Positions 27,111 to 40,011 of a DNA stretch of 64,000 bases are shown piece after piece. A program made the translations under genes and the position numbers. The notes under the pieces are model-generated. The model searched no databases and had not been told where the DNA came from. It worked only from the letters and a program-made list of their open reading frames with translations. Origin of the DNA: Malacoraja senta (taxonomy: Eukaryota). Position 1 is the first letter of the stretch. Each line of letters starts with the position of its first letter. The stretch is from positions 62,001-126,000 of the forward strand of contig JAXLNO010006027.1 of the NCBI GenBank assembly GCA_038087875.1. The letters run 5' to 3'.

Positions 27111-27390
27111 GGGCAGCGCAGTTGCTGCCTTACATCCTGATCTGATGTTCGATCCTGACTACAGGTGCTGTTTGCACGGAGTTTTTAACTCGTGTCCCCG
27201 GGAGCTCCGGTTTCCTCCCACACTCCAAAGACGTACAGGTTTGTAGGTTCATTGTGTTCGTAAAATTGTAAATTGTCCCCAGTGTTTGTAGAATAGTGTT
27301 AATGTGCAGGGATTGCTGGTCGACACGGAATAGGTGGGCCGAAGGGCCTATTTCAGCTCTGTATCTCTAAAGTAAACAACTTAACTAAAG
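27111..27390 (+). mobile_element. tRNA-derived SINE
   Basis: B box gttcgatcc, core gctccggtttcctcccaca, CR1-like tail. Confidence 0.75.
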
Positions 27391-27601
27391 TAGATAACTG
27401 TATATTGACATTATTTGGGAAATTGAGAGCCAGCGTAGCTCCATGATGAAGAGATGGAACAATGTGACAAATCTACACCCAGGATAGGTATTGGATATTA
27501 TGATATTTGATATTATGGATTTGTGCAGGTGGAATTGAACCTAAAATTTGCAAGATGGTGCCAGAGTATGGTGGCTCTTGGCGTGCTGGTCCCATTAGCG
27601 A

Positions 27602-27750
27602 AGCACAGCAGTGCAGTGGTAGAGTTGCTGACTTACAGCGCCAGAGACCCATGTTCGATCCTGACTACGGGTGCTGTCTGAATGGAGTTTGTGCACTTGC
27701 CCTGTGACCACGTGTATTTTGTCCGGGTGCTCCGGTTACTTCCCACATTG
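27602..27750 (+). mobile_element. tRNA-derived SINE 5' half
   Basis: cagtggtagag A box, gttcgatcc B box, core gctccggtt. Confidence 0.7.
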
Positions 27751-27779
27751 ACATGGATATGGGACAGAAGCGCATAACC

Positions 27780-28160
27780 GGGACCAACGTTTTGTACTAT
27801 GGAATGTAACATAACACCCCAACTTCTATACTCATTTCCCTGACTCATGATCAACATGCTGAAAGCCTTCTTCACTACCCTATGTGATGCCACTTTCACA
27901 GATCTATGTACTTGTACTCCTACATTCTTCTGCTCTACAATACTCTGAGGCCCTACCATTCACTGTGAAGGTCTGCTCGACTTCCCAAAATGCAACACCT
28001 CACACTTATCTGAATCAAACCCCATTAACCACTCCTCAGCCCACTTGTCCAGCTGCTCAAGATTCTGCTTTACTTCTTGATAACCATCTCCACTATGCAA
28101 TACCACCTATTTCAATGTTATCTGCAAACTTACTTATGATTTGTACATTATCATCCAAAT
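27780..28160 (-). mobile_element. CR1 RT fragment
   Basis: ORF 27633-27959: GVQVHRSVKVASHRVVKKAFSML; FADN motif near 28120. Confidence 0.75.
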
Positions 28161-28179
28161 CTTGTACATTCTCATCTAA

Positions 28180-29250
28180 GTTGTTTTCATTATCATGTGC
28201 AAAACGTAGGGTAAGGTACAGGTACAATGAAAAATCTTGCTTGCAGCAGCATCACAGGCATGCAGACGGTTGAAACATAAATGACACATACATTTCGAAA
28301 TGACTGCCAAAAAAAAGACATGAATGCAAAGAACAATTAGAAAGAAAAACAAGCCTATGCTAGTGTGAGGGATATACCGCAATATTCCATTGTTAAGATA
28401 GGATTAGGGTTGTGCAGGTTGGTTCAACCACCTGATAGTTGTAGGAAGAAATTGTTCCTGAACCTGGTGGTGTGGGACTCCTGGCTTCTGTCCCTTCTGC
28501 CCAGTGCTAACAATGAGACCCAGATGGTGAGGATTCTTGATGATAGATGCCACCTTCTTGAGGCAGTGCTTGATGTGGGTGCTTTCAATGGAGGAAAGGG
28601 CTGTGACCATGATGGACCAGGCTGAATCCATCACTGTCTTTAGCAACATGTATTCAGGATATTTTCTGCAGAACATCTGCAGAAGTTTATTTGGGTATTT
28701 GGAATTATGCTGAATTACTTTAAACATAAGAAAAGCACATCTTCTTGTGATGACTACACCTTATTTGTGATTACAACTATGTGCTGGACATGGGACTAGG
28801 ACACGTGAACTGAAATGTTAATCCCCAGGAATTTGAAGCTACTATCTATCGCCACTGCTGACCCACCAATGAAAACTGGTGGGTGGTCTCACAACTTTCC
28901 ATTTCTCAAGTCAGTGATTAGGTCCATGGTAGGCACAAAATGCTGGAGTAACTCAACGGGACAGGCAGCATCTCTGAAAAGAAAGAATGAGAAACGTCGT
29001 CACCCATTCCTTCTATCCAGAGATGCCGCCTGTCCCGGTGAGTCTCTCCAGCATTTTGTGCCTCCAGCATTTTGTGTCTATCTTCAGTGTAAACCAGTAT
29101 CTGCAGTCCTTCCTACACGTTAGGTCCATGGTGTCCTGGATGTTGAGCAAGAGGTTGTTGTTGCAGCACCAATCAACAAGGTGTTCTATTTCTCTTATCC
29201 ACAATAACTCATCAACACCCATGATGTTGTGCAAATTGCAACGGTAACTG
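28180..29250 (-). mobile_element. Rex/Babar-like LINE fragment, interrupted at 28931-29119
   Basis: HLVDWCCNNNLLLNI and HCLKKVASIIKNPHH remnants in the ORF track. Confidence 0.7.
28931..29119. mobile_element. Palindromic Penelope-derived short element with 13-bp TSD
   Basis: Inverted arms cacaaaatgctggag / ctccagcattttgtg; flanked by ttaggtccatggt at 28918-28930 and 29120-29132. Confidence 0.75.
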
Positions 29251-29669
29251 CAAGTGGTGTCTGCGCAGCCGCTGCCTTTGACCTTCTTGGTGGTAGTGGT
29301 CAGGGGTTTCATTGGTGCTGTTGCTGTGACCCAGGCATGTCAGTGCTCTTTATTTTGTAGATGGTAAACATGACAGCTATTTTGCTACAGTAGTATAGGG
29401 AATTAATGAATGATGCCATTCTTGCAAGTTATGTCTTAGATGTTGTTGAGCTTCTTGAGGGTCATTGGTGCCATACTCATTGAGGCAAGTAGAGAGCATT
29501 TCATTACATCCCTGATCTGTTGTTTATTAAAGGTGGAAAGGCTTCTACATGTTGGGGGTGAAATGATCCCCCCAGAATACGCAATTTCTGATCTTCTATT
29601 ATAGCCACAGCCTGTATGTGGCTAGTCCATTGAATCTCTGGTTAATCATGACCCTAACTCGAAAATAAT

Positions 29670-30100
29670 TTTAAAGGGATATGGATCAAACGCAGGCAGG
29701 TGAGACTAGTGTAGATGGAACTTGTTGGTAGGTGTGGGCAAGTTGGGCCGAAGGCCCTGTTTCCACTGTATTTACCAAAGAGCTGCATTTCTATGTTTCT
29801 ATGTGTGGAATTAAAAATTGCGCATTTATCAACCAAACCTCCAAATTTGTGACCATGGGCTGTAAAGAAGGTCTTTGATGAAACAGCTGAAGATGGGTGT
29901 ATGCAACAAGCTGCCAGATGAGGTAGTTGAGGCAGGTACTATCACAACATTTAAGAAACATTTAGACAGGTACACGGATAGGACAGGTTTAGAGTGATAT
30001 GGGCCAAAAGCAGGCAGGTGGGACTAGTGCAGATGTGGCATGTTGGTCAGCATGGGTAAGTTGGGCCAAAGGGCCTGTCTCCACACTGCATGTCTCTATG
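29670..30100 (+). mobile_element. Two CR1 3' tails
   Basis: Tails at ~29670-29770 and ~29890-30100 with gggcaagttgggccgaagg-type motif. Confidence 0.7.
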
Positions 30101-30269
30101 GTTGGGTCTAGGACACTGCCATGAAAAATTCCTTGAGTGATGTCCTGGGGACTTAATTTCCATTTATTATTGTACGATGTATGACTCTAGTCTGCAAAGT
30201 GCTATCCTCTTGATGTCTGTTGGCTGCAATTTTACCAGAGGACTCTTTATGAAATGCAGCTTTAATATC

Positions 30270-30960
30270 AGGCCAACGGGCTGCGGCTGTGGACTGGGAA
30301 CGCGGCCGGAGGCCTTTATTGAGGCACTGCGGTCTCGATGCCTTCCGGATCGCCGCGTAGAAGCCCAGGTCGGGGCCCGGCCCTGGCCTCGCTGGTGGGT
30401 TGGAGGAGCCGGGCCTCACGGATCAGAGTCCGGGTCGGCGGAGCGGTCGACGGATCCCACGGCTGGGGCCGGCTCCACGGAGGCATGAAGTGGGGTGTCG
30501 ACAGTGGCGAGGCCTCAGCAGCAGTGAAGCCTCGCGATGATGGGGCCTCGGCGGCGGCGATGCCTCACGGGTTGACCCACGGTCAATGGTCGATGAGAGT
30601 GTGGAGAAGCCGTGAGGGGGAGAGTAAGAACAATGGAGGACCCGGCGTGGGGGAACCGTCGTGAGGGGGAGAGGAAGAACAATGGACAATTGGGGAGGGG
30701 GGAGAACAAAGGACATTGGGGACCCAGCGTGGGGGAACGCTGTTGGGGGGTGGGGGGAACAAAAGGAGGAGCCGGCGTACTTTGTAACCAAAGATTGTAG
30801 AGGATTCTCTAGTATCTTTGGTTACAAAGGACGCCGGCTCCTCCTTTGTTTGTAACTTTGTCAGCGCCGTAGCTGACCGCTATTTGTATACATTGGGTAT
30901 GCAGCAAAGAATTTCACTGTGCCTACTCACATATGACAATAAAGTATTCCACTCCATTCC
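30270..30960 (+). mobile_element. GC-rich non-autonomous element with Rex/Babar-type tail, internal tandem repeats and hairpin
   Basis: CpG-rich body, ~3 copies of gagggggagag..aagaacaatgga (30610-30760), tail caaagaatttcactgtg...tgacaataaag resembling the Rex-like tails. Confidence 0.55.
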
Positions 30961-31029
30961 AAAGTCATTGTCTCCTTATCTCCATTTTTGGACCAAGGCT
31001 TTGATTAGAGCTAGATAGAGCTCTAAAAA

Positions 31030-31735
31030 TAGCGGTCAAGGGATATGGGGAGAAGGCAGGAACGGGGTACTGATTGGGGATGATCAGCCATGATCACATT
31101 GAATGACAGTGCTGGCTCGAAGGGCCAAATGGCCTACTCCTGCACCTATTGTCTATTGTCTATTGTCTATTAGTTCTGCATCCAAGTGATTCTGATGAAA
31201 CCCACACCAAGCTTTGGTGAGCCGGACATTGGTGATTAAATGCCACCTCATAACACCACCAAGGACACTTTCTATTACTTTGTTGACGATTATTGTACAT
31301 GGAGATTTTTTCCTGAAGGTGCTAATGGATGAAATCTTACTTCATTCACCCATTTGGAATCAGCTGCACTTTGATTTAAGTTGAATACTGAAAGGCTGGG
31401 ATAGAGTGAATGTGGAGAGGATGTTTCCACCAATGGGAGAGTCTAGGACCAGAGGCCATAGCCTCAGAGTAAAAGGGCAGACCTTTAGAAAGAAGATGAG
31501 GAGGAATTTTATTGGTCAGAGGGTGGTGAATCTGTGGAATTAATTGCCACAGAAGGCTGCGGAGGCCGTCAATGGATATTTTTAAGGTGGAGATTGATAG
31601 TATGGGTGTCAGGGGTTATGGGGATAAGGCAGGAGAATGTGGTTGAGAGGAAAAGATAGATCAGCTATGATTGAATGATGGAATACACTTGATGGGCCGA
31701 ATGGCCTAATTCTATGACATATGAACTTATGAACT
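31030..31735 (+). mobile_element. CR1 3' fragments
   Basis: Tail ending (tattgtc)n at ~31170; second copy 31390-31735 with QRVVNLWN motif. Confidence 0.75.
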
Positions 31736-32191
31736 TAAGAAAGTAACACCATGTTCAAATCCCTCAGCAGCAGCTGCCACCTGCATCTATGATTTATCCA
31801 TCTGAATTGTAGTGGTTATTTTAAGGTGGTGGCCATAATACAATCCCATTGAACACTGGAAAAGAAGAAAGAGTTAACACAAGGAACTAAGGAATGTTGC
31901 TATAAGGCAAGAGTGTTAGCACAATAAACGTTCAAAATCTAGGCTAGTAGACTGTGATTTTTCCAGGATTAAATAGAGATATTTGCAAGGAAAAGCTCAT
32001 AAAAATGTTTGTTTGCCATTAAGCATTCTGGCAATATGTCAATTATGGACATTGTTATCAACTACATTGAGTCATTGCGAGATATTATTTTTCACTGCTT
32101 AACATGAATTATTGAAGAGGGAGCAGAGTCAAATAGCCAAATTCCTATTACTAATCATGTTTTCCCTGTTGTTAACAAAGTAATATTACAT

Positions 32192-32296
32192 GTGTAGGAA
32201 GGAGCTGCAGATGCTGGTTTACACCGAAGATAGACACAAGAAGCTGGAGTAACTCAGCGGGACAGGCAGCATCTCTGGAGAGATGGAATGGGTTAC
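32192..32296 (-). mobile_element. Truncated Penelope-derived short element
   Basis: ggagctgcagatgctgg...gctggagtaactcagcgggacaggcagcatctc family sequence; aatattacat direct repeat at 32182 and 32308. Confidence 0.6.
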
Positions 32297-33051
32297 ATAA
32301 TAATAACAATATTACATCATGATTTTAATGTTCTATTTTTATTATTTGATTCATATGTGTTGCATTTTGGGAAGTCTAACCAGGGCAGGATCTACACAGT
32401 GAATGGCAGGGTTCTGGGAAGTGTTGTAGACTAGAGGGATTCTGGGTTGCTGATACATAGTTCCTTGAAAGTTGCATCACAAGTAAATAGGGCGACCAAG
32501 CGGGCTTTCGGCACACTGACCTTCATCAGTCAGAGTATTGTATAGAAGTTGGGAGGTTATGTTACAGTTGCACAAGACATTGGTGAGGCTACATGTAAAG
32601 TACTGTGTTCAGTTTTGGTTACCCTGTTACCGGAAAGATGTTGGTAAGCTGGAGAGGGTGCATAGAAGATTTACGACAATGTTGCAGGACTAGAGGTCCT
32701 GAGCTGTAGCGAGAGGTTGAGCTGGCTATGATTTTATTCCTCGGAGCTCAGGAAGATGAGTGGTGTTCTTGTAGAGTTGTATAAGATCATGAGAGATGTA
32801 AATAGAGTAAATACACATATTACCATAAGTATGGGGAATCAAGAACCAGAGTATATAGGTTTAAGGCGAGGGGGGAAATACAAACCTGAGGGGGAATCTT
32901 TTTTACACAATGTATGGTAGGTGTATGGAACGCGCTGCCGGATGAGGTAGTTGAGGCAGGTACTATAACAATGTTTAAAAAACATTTGGACAAGTCCATT
33001 TTTGGGATAGGTTTGGAGGGATATGGGCCAAACGCAGCCAGGTGGAACTAG

Positions 33052-36000
33052 TTTGGCGAGTTGAGACAGTGAGTGAATTTATATTGTTTATTTTGCAACG
33101 GTAAAACAACGAATAAACTCAGGTTGGTAAGACAGCCAAAAAATGATGCCACTTCCACAAGTGTGGCGTTAGACTGATACAACTTGGTAAAAGGCATGCA
33201 AATATCGCCCCCCGCGCCCACGTGACCGGTGCAGCCTATCTGAGGATTTGACTACCCAAAGTCACCACCAGGTGTCGCTACAGGACCCCCCCAGGACCCG
33301 AGGTACGTAACCGAGCAGGGACCCGGACACGGCGACCAGAACGCGTGGTAAGCGGAGGCAGGGCGGGTGTAACAAGAGGGACTGGCCGAACAGGGCCAGG
33401 AGACCGGAACGGGGCGGGAGGAACGGGTACAACTGGGTTGGGGAAAACAGGCGCAACAGGTGCAGCTGGATCGGCCGGCGGGCGACCTCTACGTCGGGGC
33501 TGCGCGACCACCACCGGGCTGTCAACATCCACATGGGCAGGCTTGAGTTGGCCGACAGAGACGATCTCCTCCCGGCCCCCCACGTCCAAGGTGAAGGTGG
33601 CGACTCCAGATCACAACACCCGGAACGGCCCCTCGTAGACACGCTGCAAGGGGGATCTGTGAGCGTCTCTGTGAACGAAAACAAACATACAATGCTGCAC
33701 ATGCACCGCCGGCAAACTGTGCCGCGAGGTGGGAACTGGAACTAGTCCGCTCACCCACTCACGGAGAGTCGCCAGCAATGCCGGGGCAGAGTCCAGCCGC
33801 TCCCGGACGGCAGGGAGAAAGTCCCCAGGCACCCGCTGGAATGAGCCGTATACGTATATCGGCGGATGAAGCGGCTAAGTCCTCCTTGGGGGCGGTGCAG
33901 ATCCCGAGCAGCACCCACGGCAACTGGTCTACCCAGTCCGAGCCCTTGAGCCGAGCCTTCAACACCGACTTGAGGTGGCGGTGAAAGCGCTCAATGAGCC
34001 CGTTGGCCTGTGGGTGGTAGGCGGTGGTGTGATGCAACCGCGCCCCGTACAACTGAGCGAGGGAAGACCATAAAGAGGAAGTGAATTGGGCCTCCGATCG
34101 GTGGAGATATCCGACGAGACTCCAAACCGGGCAATCCAGTTGGCCGCCAGGGCCCGGGCGCTAGGCGCGGCAGACGTGTCCGAAAGCGGGATAGCCTCCG
34201 GCCACCTCGTGAATCGATCCACGATGGTGAGTAAGTGGGTGGCACCGCGGGATGTCGGCAACGGGCCCACCAGGTCAATGCTGCTGCACGTGCCGCTGGG
34301 CCCTGGAGGTCTGACAGGGAAGGCAGGCACGGGCCCAGGCCGCCACCTGCTTGCGGAGACCGTGCCAAACAAATTTGTCCGCCACCAGCGCAGAGGTCGC
34401 CCGTATGGACGGGTGGGCCAGGCCGTGAATGGCGTAAAAAATCCGGCGATGGCAACGTATGGGGATGATGGGGCGAGGTCGACCCGTGGAGACATCGCAG
34501 AGGATCATCGTGCCTGAGGATCCACATGGGACATCAACCAACTGGAGGCCAGACACAGCAGTGCTGTAGTCCGCCATCCCAGCGTCCACGCGCTGTGCTG
34601 CAGTCAGCTCCCCGTAATCCACACCGTGGTCTATGGCCGAGACGGAGGGAAGGGCGGGTCGGGACGGTGTTGTGCTTGCCCGTGACGTGCTGCACGTCCG
34701 TGGTGAACGCGGAGATATAAGCGGGGTGTCGCAGCTGGCGGGAGTACCACGGGTCGGAGATCTTATCCAAGGCAAAGGTGAGGGGTTTGTGGTTAGTGAA
34801 GGCAGTGAAAATGCGACCCTCGAGAAAGTAGTGGAAATGCCTGATGTCCAGGTACAACGCCAGGAGCTCCCTGTCAAAGGCGCTGTAGTTGCACTCGGGG
34901 GCTCCTAGCTGATGGCTGAAAAAGGCCAGCGGCTGCCAGGGGCCATCTACGAGCTGCTCCAAGACACCGCCCACAGCCGTGTCCGAGGCGTCCACAGTTT
35001 GGGCCGTTGAGGCTGAGGCCGGGTGGACCAACATGGTTGCGTTGGCCAGGGCTGCCTTGGCACCCTCAAATGCCGCGTCCGCCTCGGAGGACCACTCGAG
35101 CTCCCGCGGCTTGCCCGCGAGGCACTGGAAAAGGGGGCGCATGATGTCGGCAGCTGCCGGCACGAAACAATGGTAAAAGTTTACCATGCCGACAAATTTC
35201 TGCAACCCCTTTACCGTGCGAGGCCGGGGAAACTGCCGAATGGCCTCCACCTTCGAGGTAAAGGGGCGGTACCTTGAGGTGTCACGCTGTGCCCCAGAAA
35301 GGAGATGGAACGGAGGCCGAACTGGCACTTGGCGGGGTTGATTATGAGGCCATGGTCAAGGAGGCGCTGGAAGAGAGTCCGCAGGTGCTCGATGTGCTCG
35401 TCCTGGGTGCGGCTTGCGACCAGGATGTCATCGAGATAGATAAAGACGAACGGCAGACCCCTCCCGACCCTGTCTATAAGTCTTTGGAACGCCTGCGCGG
35501 CGTTCTTCAATCCAAAGGGCATACGCAGCCATTTGAACAACTCGAATGGGGTGATTGTCGCGCTCTTGGGGACGTCGTCCGGGTGGAATGGGATCTGGTT
35601 ATAGCCATGGACAAGGTCGGCTTTAGAGAAGAAGGCTGCACCCTCGAGGTGGGCAGAAAAGTCTTGGATGTGGGGCACCGGGTAGCGGTCCGCAATTGTC
35701 ATGGCGTTCAGACGCCTATAGTCCCCACATGGTCTCCACCCCCCAGATGCTTTGGGGACCATGTGTAGCGGGGATGCCCACGGGATGTCCGTGAGCCGGA
35801 CAATCCCCATGTCTTCCATGAGCTGAAACTTATCCCGGGCGATGTGAAGCTTGTCCGGTGGAAGATGGCGTGCCTGGGTGTGTACCGGAGAGCCCACGGT
35901 GGGGATGTGATGGACGACCCCGTGTTTGGGGGTCGCTGCGCTGAAACGGGGAGTGAGGTGCTTGGGGAAATCAGTGAGGAGGGAGGCATAGGGGCCATCA

Positions 36001-37379
36001 ACCTCGGTGACGGTGCTGAGCTGTGGGCTAGGTGGAGGCGGAAACCGCGGGGCAACGGGGCCGCGGGGCCAAGGGCCGATGCCGCAACCATGCGCCCATC
36101 CCGCACATCGACGAGGAGGGAGAAAGCCGTTAGGATATCGGCACCCAGGAGCAGTTGTGCGACGTCGGCCACGATGAAAGTCCACTTATACGGGCGGGAT
36201 TCAAAAGAGATCGAGAGGGTCTGCATACCGTAAGTGCGAATGGTACTTCCATTAACAGCTGTGAGCACAGGGCCCCGCTTACCAGCACGGATGTCGCATC
36301 CGGTCAGCGGGAGGATGCTAACGATAGCCCCTGAGTCAACGAGGAAACGCCTGCCGGAATGATGGTCACAGACGTAGAGGCAGTTGTTTGGGCCGATCGT
36401 GAATGCCTCTACAGATGAACGGCCGAGGCTTTTCCCTGAAACGAGCAGGGTTGATGGCAGCGTCGAGCCTCAGCACCCCAGCGGAGATGGTAGAAGCACC
36501 ATTTGTGTTTATCCCGGTCACCGGCACGTGGCTGCGGCTCTGCGATGGAAGCAGTGGGCGGAGACCCGGATGATGGAGCCACCATCTTGCTGCTTCGCGA
36601 GTCAGAGTTTGTTGGCCATCTTGGCGAGCTGCATGGGGTCAGTGAAATCGACACCAGCGAGCATGAGGCAGATGTCGTCAGGCATCTGCTCTAAGAACAC
36701 CTGTTCGAAGAGCAGACACGGGCGGTGGCCATCCATCAGGGTGAGCATTTCGGCCATCAGCGTGGATGGCTTGCGATCGCCCAACCCGTCCATGTGTAAG
36801 AGGCGGGCGGCGCGATCTCTGCGGCTGAGCCCGAATGTGCGGAGGAGGAGGGCCTTGAGGCCTACGTATTTTGCGAGCACCGGCGGGTCCTGGAGGAATG
36901 GCAGTAGCCGCGAAGCCGTCACCTGTGTGAGCGCGCCGATGACGTGAAAGTACTTGGTGTCGTCTACCACGATGTTGCGGAGATGAAACTGCCCTTCTGC
37001 GTGGGTGAATCAAACCTGTGGCTGTTCGGCCCAGAACACAGGCAGCTTGAGGCCAACGGCATTCTGCTGAGCGTCGGGAACGGCGGCGGCTTGCATTCTT
37101 GATGTCCAATATATTCGTTTACGCGTCGGGGTCACCAGTTTGGCGAGTCGAGACAGTGAGTGAATTTAAATTGTTTTATTTTGCAATCGTAAAATGACGA
37201 ATAAACTCAGGTCGGTAAGACAGCCAAAAAACGATGCCACTTCCATAAGTGTGGCACTAGACTGATACAACTTGGTAAAAAGTGCGCGAATATCGCCACC
37301 CCCCCCCCCCGTGCCCGCATGACCGGTGCAGCCAATTCGAGGGTTTGACTACCCAAAGTCACCACCAGGTTTTGCTACA
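33052..37379 (-). mobile_element. Ty3/Gypsy LTR retrotransposon, near full length, defective
   Basis: LTRs 33052-33282 and 37139-37379, TSD ctag both sides, tRNA-Trp PBS TGGTGACCCCGACG (37124-37137), G-run PPT (~33285-33293); gag (KLPVFW), protease FLVDSGA (~36330), RT YLDD, RNase H (DASD, YSAFDRELLA), integrase (HGLAHP..C..C; TAYHPQANGLIERFHR); stops and frameshifts. Confidence 0.96.
33300..37096 (-). pseudogene. Gypsy gag-pol (disrupted)
   Basis: Domains spread over ORFs 36602-36970, 35708-36268, 35211-36185, 34534-35328, 34275-34877, 33959-34495, 33759-34052; in-frame TGA in gag near 37010. Confidence 0.92.
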
Positions 37380-37437
37380 CTAGTGTAGATTGCACATGTT
37401 GGTCGGTGTGGGCAAGTTGGGTCATGGGGGCTGTTTG

Positions 37438-39571
37438 AAGGAGATGGAACGGAGGCCGAACTGGCACTTGGCGGGGTTGATTATGAGGCCATGGTCAAGG
37501 AGGCGCTGGAAGAGAGTCCGCAGGTGCTCGATGTGCTCGTCCTGGGTGCGGCTTGCGACCAGGATGTCATCGAGATAGATAAAGACGAACGGCAGACTCC
37601 ACCCGACCCTGTCAATAAGTCTTTGGTACGCCTGCGCGGCGTTCTTCAATCCAAAGGGCATACGCAGCCATTTGAACAACTCGAATGGGGTGATTGTCGC
37701 GCTCTTGGGGACGTCGTCCGGGTGGAATGGGATCTGGTTATAGCCATGGACAAGGTCGACTTTAGAGAAGAAGGCTGCAACCTCGAGGTGGGCAGAAAAG
37801 TCTTGGATGTGGGGCACCGGGTAGCGGTCCGCAATTGACATGGCGTTCAGACGCCTATAGTCCCCACATGGTCTCCACCCCCCAGATGCTTTGGGGACCA
37901 TGTGTAGCGGGGATGCCCACGGGATGTCCGAGAGCCGGACAATCCCCATGTCTTCCATGAGCTGAAACTTATCCCGGGCGATGTGAAGCTTGTCCGGTGG
38001 AAGATGGCGTGCCTGGGTGTGTACCGGAGAGCCCACGGTGGGGATGTGATGGACGACCCCGTGTTTGGGGGTTGCTGCGCTGAAACGGGGAGTGAGGAGC
38101 TTGGGGAAATCAGTGAGGAGGGAGGCATAGGGGCCATCAACCTCGGTGACGGTGCTGAGCTGTGGGCTAGGTGGAGGCGGAAACCGCGGGGCAACGGGGC
38201 CGCGGGGCCAAGGGCCGATGCCGCAACCATGCGCCCATCCCGCACATCGACGAGGAGGGAGAAAGCCCTTAGGAAATCGGCACCCAGGAGCAGTTGTGCG
38301 ACATCGGCCACGATGAAAGTCCACTTATACGGGCGGGATTCAAAAGAGAGCGAGAGGGTCTGCATACCGTAAGTGCGAATGGTACTTCCATTAACGGCCG
38401 TGAGCACAGGGCCCCGCTTACCAGCACGGATGTCGCATCCGGTCAGCGGGAGGATGCTAACGATAGCCCCTGAGTCAACGAGGAAACGCCTGCCGGAATG
38501 ATGGTCACAGACGTAGAGGCAGTTGTTTGGGCCGATCGTGAACGCCTCTACAGATGATCGGCCGAGGCGTTTCCCTGAAACGAGCAGGGTTGATGGCAGC
38601 GTCGAGCCTCAGCACCCCAGCGGAGATGGTGGAAGCACCATTTGCGTTTATCCCGGTCACCGGCACGTGGCTGCGGCTCTGCGATGGAAGCAGTGGGCGG
38701 AGACCCGGATGATGGAGCCACCATCTTGCTGCTTCGCGAGTCAGAGTTTGTCGGCCATCTTGGCGAGCTGCATGGGGTCAGTGAAATCGACACCGGCGAG
38801 CATGAGGCAGATGTCGTCAGGCATCTGCTCTAAGAACACCTGTTCGAAGAGCAGACACGGGCGGTGGCCATCCATCAGGGTGAGCATTTCGGCCATCAGC
38901 GTGGATGGCTTGCGATCGCCCAACCCGTCCATGTGTAAGAGGCGGGCGGCGCGATCTCTGCGGCTGAGACCGAATGTGCGGAGGAGGAGGGCCTTGAGGC
39001 CTACGTATTTTGCGAGCGCCGGCGGGTCCTGGAGGAACGGCAGTAGCCGCGAAGCCGTCACCTGTGTGAGCGCGCCGATGACGTGAAAGTACTTGGTGTC
39101 GTCTACCACGATGTTGCGGAGATGAAACTGCCCTTCTGCGTGGGTGAATCAAACCTGTGGCTGTTCGGCCCAGAACACAGGCAGCTTGAGGCCAACGGCA
39201 TTCTGCTGAGCATCGGGAACGGCGGCGGCTTGCATTCTTGATGTCCAATATATTAGTTTACGCGTCGGGGTCACCAGTTTGGCGAGTCGAGACAGTGAGT
39301 GAATTTAAATTGTTTTATTTTGCAATCGTAAAACGACGAATAAACTCAGGTCGGTAAGACAGCCAAAAAACGATGCCACTTCCATAAGTGTGGCACTAGA
39401 CTGATACAACTTGGTAAAAAGTGCGCGAATATCGCCACCCCCCCCGTGCCCGCATGACCGGTGCAGCCAATTCGAGGGTTTGACTACCCAAAGTCACCAC
39501 CAGGTTTTGCTACACTAGTGTAGATTGCACATGTTGGTCGGTGTGGGCAAGTTGGGTCATGGGGGCTGTTT
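37438..39571 (-). repeat. Tandem duplicate of 35299-37436 (Gypsy 5' half, 5' LTR 39278-39514, plus CR1 flank)
   Basis: Constant 2139-bp offset between paired ORFs (35507/37646, 36602/38741); second PBS 39263-39276; same ctag and 57-bp flank after the LTR. Confidence 0.95.
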
Positions 39572-40011
39572 CCATGTTGTTGTATGACTCTATGATTCTC
39601 ATTTACTTGATATTTAAGCTAGAAGAGGTTGTTATTAATTTGTTGCACCAGTTGCTAATTGATTAGTTGAGTAAAGGTAAATTTAGTTGGGACTGGTTAA
39701 TGTGGGCCAGTTAAAGCAAATCAATGCAATCCCTCAAAGCAAAAAGGATGCTGAACTGAAAGTAAAAAGCCGCAGATGCTGCAAATCTGAAATAAAGCAA
39801 AAAAATACTGGAAATAGTCATCATCTGTAGAAATAGAATAGAGTTAATGTTTCAGATTGAAGATCCTTCACTCAAATGGAAATGTGAGAAAACAAGTCAG
39901 TTTTAACTTGCAGTGATGATAGGGGTGGGGAGGGGGAAGGAAAAATAGAGAGGACTAAATGATAAGACGTCTAGGCTGCTGAGGTGATTCAACTGATCGT
40001 GAAACTGATTG

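Larger units (their letters stand above)
32355..39600 (+). mobile_element. CR1 3' fragment split by the Gypsy insertion (32355-33051; resumes 37380-37436 and 39515-39600)
   Basis: Consensus gggactagtgtagat is broken at ctag and resumes after the LTR. Confidence 0.8.

Noticed and set aside
30270-30760. CpG island promoter or host gene
   Set aside because: GC-rich block has internal tandem repeats and a retroposon-type tail; ORFs are low complexity.
33262-39248. Many overlapping plus-strand and alternate-frame ORFs
   Set aside because: Shadow frames of GC-rich Gypsy gag-pol.
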